Of a stretch of DNA of 64,000 nucleotides, positions 58,678-64,000 are shown piece by piece. Position 1 is the stretch's first letter. Each line of letters starts with the position of its first letter. The notes beneath the pieces were generated by a model that ran no database searches, was not told the DNA's origin, and worked only from the letters and a program-made list of their open reading frames with translations. The DNA comes from a bacterium (lineage in GTDB: Bacteria; UBA8248): NCBI GenBank assembly GCA_965261085.1, contig OZ253442.1, forward strand, positions 1,184,001 through 1,248,000, written 5' to 3'. Position numbers and translations under genes: made by a program.

Positions 58678-60105
58678 ATGAGCGGAGAAGATATTTTCTG
58701 GCTTGGGATTCACGAGCTTTCAGAGCGAATCGGGGAGGGTGAGCTTTCTCCCGTGGACGTGGTCGAGGCGCTTTTAAGGCGCATCGATTCGCTCAACCCC
58801 CGCATCCTGGGCTTTCTGGAAGTGACGGCCGACTCCGCGCTGGCCGAGGCGAAGCGCGCGGAGGAGGAAATCGCCGCCGGGCGCAGGCTGGGGCCGCTGC
58901 ACGGGATTCCCTTTGGCGTCAAGGACATCATCGACACAAGGGGCGTGCGGACGACGCGCGGGTCGAGCTTCTTCCGGGACAGAATACCCGAGGCGGACGC
59001 GGAGTGCGTCGCCCGCCTCAAGCGCGCCGGCGCGATTCTGATGGGGAAATGCCATACCCAGGAGTTCGCCTCCGGGCCGCTGAGCATCAACGCGCACTTC
59101 GGCACCGCGCGCAATCCGTGGGACCTCGAGCGCATGACGGGCGGCTCGAGCACGGGGTCGGGCGCCTCGGTCGCCGCCGGCCTTTGCCCGGCCGCCATCG
59201 GGACGGACACGGGCAGTTCGATCCGCGGGCCTGCGGCGCTGTGCGGGCTCGTGGGGCTGAAGCCCACCCACGGGCGGGTCAGCTTGCGCGGCGTGTGCCC
59301 CAACTGCCTGAGCTACGACCACGTGGGGCCTATTGCCCGCTCCGCGCGCGACGCCGCTCTCTTCTTGCAAGGGATGGCGGGCTACGACCCGGAAGACCCC
59401 TACAGCCGCGATGCGACGCTCCCCGATTTTTCCTCCCTCCTCGATGAGGGCGCGAAGGGTCTGCGGGTGGGCCTTTGCCCCGGTCTTTCGGGCGACTTCG
59501 AGGCGGACGCCGAGGTGATGCGGGCTTTCGAGCGGGCCGTCGGTGTGTTCCGCGAACTGGGTGCGCAGGTAGAGACGCTGCCCTTTAGTGAAGCGGAGCG
59601 TCTCATGCAGGTGAGCCGCATCATCATCCAGTGCGAGTTCGCCGAGTTTCACAGGCCGCTTTATGAGAAGAACCCCGACGGCTACGGCGCCTCTACGCGC
59701 GAGCGGGTGGAGGCGAGTCTTGCGGGGGCCGATCTGGACGAGTACATCCGCGCGCAGCGCGAGCGAGAGGTGCTTCGGCGCGAGGTCTTGGGCCTCTTCG
59801 ATAGGGCGGACGTCATTCTCACACCGTCTCTGCCGTGCATCGCTCCGAGAATCGATGACATCAAGGCCCGGATCAACGGCGAGGAGGTGGATTACTCCCT
59901 GGCCCTCACCATGCCGTTTCTCACCCACCAGAACCTGACGGGATTTCCGGCGGCGGTTGTTCCCTCGGGGTTTTCGGAGGAAGAGGGTATGCCCCTCTCC
60001 TTCCAGGTGATAGGCCGTCCCTGGGAAGAGGCGGAGGTGCTGCGCGCGGTCCACGCCTACGAGACGGCGACCCCGGAATTGCGGAATCGGCGGCCTGCGC
60101 TGTAA
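58678..60105 (+). CDS. Amidase-signature family protein
   Basis: GIPFGVKD, GGSSTGS, GTDTGSSIR.PA. Confidence 0.92.
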   Translation: MSGEDIFWLGIHELSERIGEGELSPVDVVEALLRRIDSLNPRILGFLEVTADSALAEAKRAEEEIAAGRRLGPLHGIPFGVKDIIDTRGVRTTRGSSFFRDRIPEADAECVARLKRAGAILMGKCHTQEFASGPLSINAHFGTARNPWDLERMTGGSSTGSGASVAAGLCPAAIGTDTGSSIRGPAALCGLVGLKPTHGRVSLRGVCPNCLSYDHVGPIARSARDAALFLQGMAGYDPEDPYSRDATLPDFSSLLDEGAKGLRVGLCPGLSGDFEADAEVMRAFERAVGVFRELGAQVETLPFSEAERLMQVSRIIIQCEFAEFHRPLYEKNPDGYGASTRERVEASLAGADLDEYIRAQREREVLRREVLGLFDRADVILTPSLPCIAPRIDDIKARINGEEVDYSLALTMPFLTHQNLTGFPAAVVPSGFSEEEGMPLSFQVIGRPWEEAEVLRAVHAYETATPELRNRRPAL

Positions 60106-60203
60106 GGGTCGGTTGCCTGGTTTTCGTCTTTTCCCGCACCGGGCCGCCCGTATGATTCGCTGATTCAGGCGACCCTACACTGTTGACGCAAAGGGGACGA
60201 TGC

Positions 60204-61202
60204 ATGCGTATGAAAGCAGCCGTTTATCACGGACCGCGGGACATCCGGGTGGAGCAGGTGGAGCGGCCGGTAACCGGTGATGATGAGGTATTGGTGCGGG
60301 TGAGGGCGTGCGGTATTTGCGGCTCTGATCTGCACATGTACCGCCTCGGCATGTTCGAGGTGCTGGGGCGCCCGATTGACGAGGACCGGCGCATTATGGG
60401 TCATGAACTGAGCGGTGAAATTGTCGAGGTGGGGGAGAAGGTCAGCGGCTTTCGGGTCGGGGATCGCATCACCGGGTTAGGGCACGGCGGCTTCGCGGAA
60501 TACGTGGCGGTTCCTGTTACAAAACGCAGCCCGCACATCCTGCCGAAGCCCATCAGCTTCGATGACGGCGCGACGCTTGAACCGCTGGCCACCTCTCTGC
60601 ATGGCGTGTCCCTGGGACGGCCCGTGCCCGGTGAGACGGTGGTTGTACTGGGTGCAGGCATTATCGGCCTCGGCTGTGTCCAGGCCATCCGGGCGACCGT
60701 CGACTGCCGCATCATCGCCGTCGACGTTTCCGAACGCCGCTTGAACATGGCCAAACGTCTCGGCGCTGACGCCATCGTCAACCTGAGCGAAACCGACTCG
60801 GTGGAAGCCGTGATTGAACTCACCGGCGGCGCCAAGCCGGTGGAGCCTTTCGGCGTTCGCGGCGGCAACGCCGATCTGGTGATTGACTGCGCCGGCGCAC
60901 CGTCTTCGCCAAACCAGGGCCTGCTCATGCTGAAGCAGAAATACGGCCGTTTGGTGTTGGTCGCCCTGTTCGAGCGTCCCGTGGATATGGATTTCAACCA
61001 GGTGGTGCGCAAACACGTGGCCATCTATGGGTCCTGGACCTGGACCGGGGACGACTACCGCCGCGCCATCGAGCTTGTCGAAAGCGGCAAGGTCCAGCGC
61101 CGGCCCTTGATTTCCCATGCCCTCGACCTGGATGATGCTCCCGAGGGGTTCGCCATTCAGGACCAGCCCGGCGCCGCCATCAAGGTGGTGCTGAAGCCCT
61201 GA
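60204..61202 (+). CDS. Zn-dependent medium-chain dehydrogenase
   Basis: CGICGSD.H, GHE, GAGIIG; structural Zn loop absent. Confidence 0.9.
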   Translation: MRMKAAVYHGPRDIRVEQVERPVTGDDEVLVRVRACGICGSDLHMYRLGMFEVLGRPIDEDRRIMGHELSGEIVEVGEKVSGFRVGDRITGLGHGGFAEYVAVPVTKRSPHILPKPISFDDGATLEPLATSLHGVSLGRPVPGETVVVLGAGIIGLGCVQAIRATVDCRIIAVDVSERRLNMAKRLGADAIVNLSETDSVEAVIELTGGAKPVEPFGVRGGNADLVIDCAGAPSSPNQGLLMLKQKYGRLVLVALFERPVDMDFNQVVRKHVAIYGSWTWTGDDYRRAIELVESGKVQRRPLISHALDLDDAPEGFAIQDQPGAAIKVVLKP

Positions 61203-61339
61203 AGGTATACGACCGCGCGAAGTCATACGCCTCACGTAGCGTCACAAGGTCCATGATGAGTCGCCACCGAGAATATCGGTGGCTATGAGGACCGCGTCCG
61301 CGGTCATCGTCCCGCGCTCTGAAGATCGTATGCCTGGTT

Positions 61340-61924
61340 TTACTCTTTTCCGGCGCCCATCAGTTCCCCTATCAGCTCCTTGCGCTTCCAGAGCAGCATC
61401 GCGGCTATGACGACGGTGAGGCTTATCAGGGGGATGTCTCCTTTGCCTACGAAGACGGCGACGGCGGGCAGTAACAAAATGGCGATGAGTTCCGCGTGAT
61501 CGCGCCTGCCGGTCAAGGAGGCGACGAGCAGCGCGATGGTCGCGCAGATGGCCAGGGACAAGGGTGATACGCCGAGCAGCGCGCCCGCCGTGCTCGCCGT
61601 TCCGCGTCCGCCGCGAAACCCGTGAAACACCGGCAATATCTCGCCGAGCACCACGGTGACGCAGGCCAGAGCGACGATCCAGGGAGAGTCGCTCATGTAC
61701 CAGGCCAGGCCCAGCGCCAGTTGCGCCTTCAGGAAATCGGCGATGAAGACGAGCGCGCCCACGCGATCCCCCAGCACCATCCAGGCGTTTGCGAAATCGA
61801 GTGCGCCGCTTCCGTACGCGCGCAAATCGATTCCGCGCGCCTTTGCGGCGAACCAGGCGGGGGAGACCGAACCGATGTCGTAGGAGATGCACCCCACGAT
61901 GATGACGGGTACAAGAATTTCCAA
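61340..61924 (-). CDS. PlsY-like membrane protein (divergent)
   Basis: GS..PA, DLR.YGSG, D..K, P.F.GF.GG.G; several catalytic positions altered. Confidence 0.7.
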   Translation of the reverse strand: MEILVPVIIVGCISYDIGSVSPAWFAAKARGIDLRAYGSGALDFANAWMVLGDRVGALVFIADFLKAQLALGLAWYMSDSPWIVALACVTVVLGEILPVFHGFRGGRGTASTAGALLGVSPLSLAICATIALLVASLTGRRDHAELIAILLLPAVAVFVGKGDIPLISLTVVIAAMLLWKRKELIGELMGAGKE

Positions 61925-62065
61925 GAAAACCTCCGGGTGAATAAAAATCCCGGCCCATATTGCAGCATTCTCCCGCGCATGAAAAGCGATGCGCGCGCCG
62001 GTGGGGCGTGATACAAAGGGCGTTCATATTCCACGGTCATCATCAAGAATGGGAGGGAGCAGAGC

Positions 62066-62944
62066 ATGGGCGAGCGGATTGGTTATATCGGTTTGGGCAA
62101 GATGGGGCTGGCCTTGTCGAAGGTTCTGCTGGAAGACGGCCACGAGGTATGCGGCTACGACGTGGACGAGGAGCGCAAGAAGATGCTGGCGGACGCCGGC
62201 GGACGCCCGCTCGACTCAGGCAGAGAGGTGGCCGAGAACGCGGATATCGTCTGCTCGATTCTCTTGAAGCCCGAGCACATCGAGGAGAACGCTTTTGGGG
62301 AAAACGGGGTCGTCTCCGCCAATAAATCCGGGCTGGTCTATATCGAGATGAGCACCATGCCGCCGAGCTGGCAGGCGGATCTCGCGAAAAGGCTCGGTGA
62401 ACACGGGATAGAGATGCTCGATTGTCCCATCTCGGGTTCGCACCCCAATGTGATGGACAGAACCATCACGATGATGGTGGGCGGAAAAAAAGAGGTGTTC
62501 GAGCGCGTCCGGCCCATTTTCGAACCCCTCACGGCCGGCTTCGACTACACGGGCGAAAGCGGCTCGGGCGCCACGATGAAAATCGTGACCAATCTGTACG
62601 TGAACGCATCGGTGGCGCTTCTGGCCGAGGTGATCCTCACCGGCGAGCGGGCCGGACTTTCCCATGAGACGATGATGCGCTGTCTGGGGAAAGGCTCGGT
62701 TCGCGGAGCGATGCTCGAGCAGACGGCTCCGAGGATCTTCGAGAGGGATTTCGCGCCGAGGGGCGCGGTCGAAATTTTCGTGAAGGACATGGGCATGGCG
62801 ATAGACCTGGCGCGGGAAAACGGGGTTGACCTCCAGATCGTCAAGGCGGGCCGTGAGATGTTCCAGCGCGCCCTGGATGCGGGCTGGGGCAAGGACGACG
62901 CCGCCCGCGTCATCGAGGTCTATGAGGGGAAGGATAGGGGCTAG
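62066..62944 (+). CDS. NAD(P)-dependent beta-hydroxyacid dehydrogenase
   Basis: IGYIGLGKMG, MST, DCPISG, MVGG, K..TN, KDM. Confidence 0.92.
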   Translation: MGERIGYIGLGKMGLALSKVLLEDGHEVCGYDVDEERKKMLADAGGRPLDSGREVAENADIVCSILLKPEHIEENAFGENGVVSANKSGLVYIEMSTMPPSWQADLAKRLGEHGIEMLDCPISGSHPNVMDRTITMMVGGKKEVFERVRPIFEPLTAGFDYTGESGSGATMKIVTNLYVNASVALLAEVILTGERAGLSHETMMRCLGKGSVRGAMLEQTAPRIFERDFAPRGAVEIFVKDMGMAIDLARENGVDLQIVKAGREMFQRALDAGWGKDDAARVIEVYEGKDRG

Positions 62945-63011
62945 GTGAATTCCGGCTTCCCGTCCAATCCACGCATGACCGGGGAGATGGCGGCGCGGCT
63001 GGCGGATTCTA

Positions 63012-63812
63012 TTATTTGTTCAGAATCTCGTGCTTGCGGCGCTGGAGGAAGATGCTGCGAATGAGGCTGTAGTAGTCCAGGTTCAGGGGGTCTTTCTTGA
63101 GGAGTTCCAGGGGTTCGATGAGGCGTTCGCGGGCGTCGACGCCTTCTAGGAGTCTTACTCCGAAAAGAAAATCCGCCAGATCGACCCTGTGCCCGAAGAG
63201 GATTTTTTCCTGATCGTCACCGGCGGCGCCCAGGTAATTGAGCGGGTTGATGAAGGCGTCCCCCACTTTGCCCAGGCCGTCTCGAACCGTCGATGGCCCC
63301 AGAATCGGGAGTACGAGGTATACCCCTTCTCCTACGCCCCAAACACCCAGGGTCTGGCCGAAATCCTCATCGTGATGCGGAATTCCTAAACCTGTCGCCA
63401 CGTCGAACAATCCCCCCACTCCCAGGGTGGTGTTGACCAAAAACCGGCTCAGGGTCATCCCGGCGCGCTCTCCCTCCCCCTGGAGGACGTCGTTCGTCAA
63501 CACGAAGGGGGCGTTCAAGTTGCGCATGAAATTGCGGAACGTATCGCGGATGGGTTTTGGGAATATGAACCGGTATATCTTCGCGAGCGGCAGGAAGATG
63601 ACGGTGTCGAGCGCCTCGTTGAAACCGAAGACTGCGCGGTTGAATTCCTCGAACGGGTCGATGGATTCAACCGTTTGTTCTTCTTTGTCGAGATCGTGGT
63701 CCGACGCCCAGGCGACAGAAGCCGGCGCACTCAGGAGCGTGAGGCTCAGGACGAGGACGAGCAACCCACGCAGCCATGAATATCGTTGTCTGGTTCCTCT
63801 TGGGCGAGGCAA
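63012..63812 (-). CDS. mlaA: MlaA/VacJ family protein
   Basis: DPFEEFNR..F.FN, RFLVNTTLG.GGLFDVA, EDFGQTLG.WG, LP.LGPST.RD. Confidence 0.92.
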   Translation of the reverse strand: MPRPRGTRQRYSWLRGLLVLVLSLTLLSAPASVAWASDHDLDKEEQTVESIDPFEEFNRAVFGFNEALDTVIFLPLAKIYRFIFPKPIRDTFRNFMRNLNAPFVLTNDVLQGEGERAGMTLSRFLVNTTLGVGGLFDVATGLGIPHHDEDFGQTLGVWGVGEGVYLVLPILGPSTVRDGLGKVGDAFINPLNYLGAAGDDQEKILFGHRVDLADFLFGVRLLEGVDARERLIEPLELLKKDPLNLDYYSLIRSIFLQRRKHEILNK

Positions 63813-64000
63813 TGGAATTCACTCCGTTTTCGCGTCGTGCAGCAGCCCCGAAACATAGCGTATGCCAGATTTTCGAAGCAACCGCGTGGATGACATCATA
63901 GCTTGACGGCTGGAGGGAGGCCAGAAAATTTTTTCGGCGATTCCGCTCTCTACGCCAGAGAGCCCCCGCAGGAGGAGCCGGCCCCCGCCGTGCAGCCGAA

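Noticed and set aside
50208-60054. Long overlapping ORFs such as 50208-51542, 55340-56539 and 58774-60054
   Set aside because: Shadow frames of well-supported genes in high-GC DNA
58678-60105. gatA
   Set aside because: No gatC/gatB neighbours; generic amidase signature only
60204-61202. Missing structural-zinc loop in the MDR dehydrogenase as a novelty
   Set aside because: Loss of this lobe is common among MDR subfamilies

Overview
GC-rich bacterial chromosomal window. (1) 1-8.4 kb: the 5' part of an F-type conjugation operon (traA-L-E-K-B-V-C, minus strand) headed by a phage-like cI(S24)/Cro switch, probably an ICE. (2) 8.7-29.6 kb: a ~20.5 kb cargo block bracketed by a ~160-bp AT-rich direct repeat. 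It holds an ABC importer with a triple-CMD protein and a Sec-containing DsbA-like protein (clipped by an IS1016-like IS), plus an atypical IclR-led glycine-reductase-like operon (grdA-grdC-grdE-grdB, two Sec codons, no grdD/trx) with a TTT transporter and a divergent TauE exporter. (3) 29.6-34.6 kb and 41.0-44.9 kb: mosaic hot spots where defence/host-interaction genes (ankyrin, AbiV, P-loop kinase-Nudix, HigBA, HEPN, a polyproline micropeptide) sit between REP-like palindromes and diverged duplicates of the 3' ends of neighbouring core genes. (4) Core metabolism: polyamine operon, citrate synthase, TTT and Liv transporters, an AhpD-like selenoprotein, amidase, dehydrogenases and MlaA. Four in-frame UGA (selenocysteine) codons, which the ORF track treats as stops, each have a downstream hairpin. 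No rRNA, tRNA or CRISPR array was recognised. All calls come from manual motif reading, not database searches.
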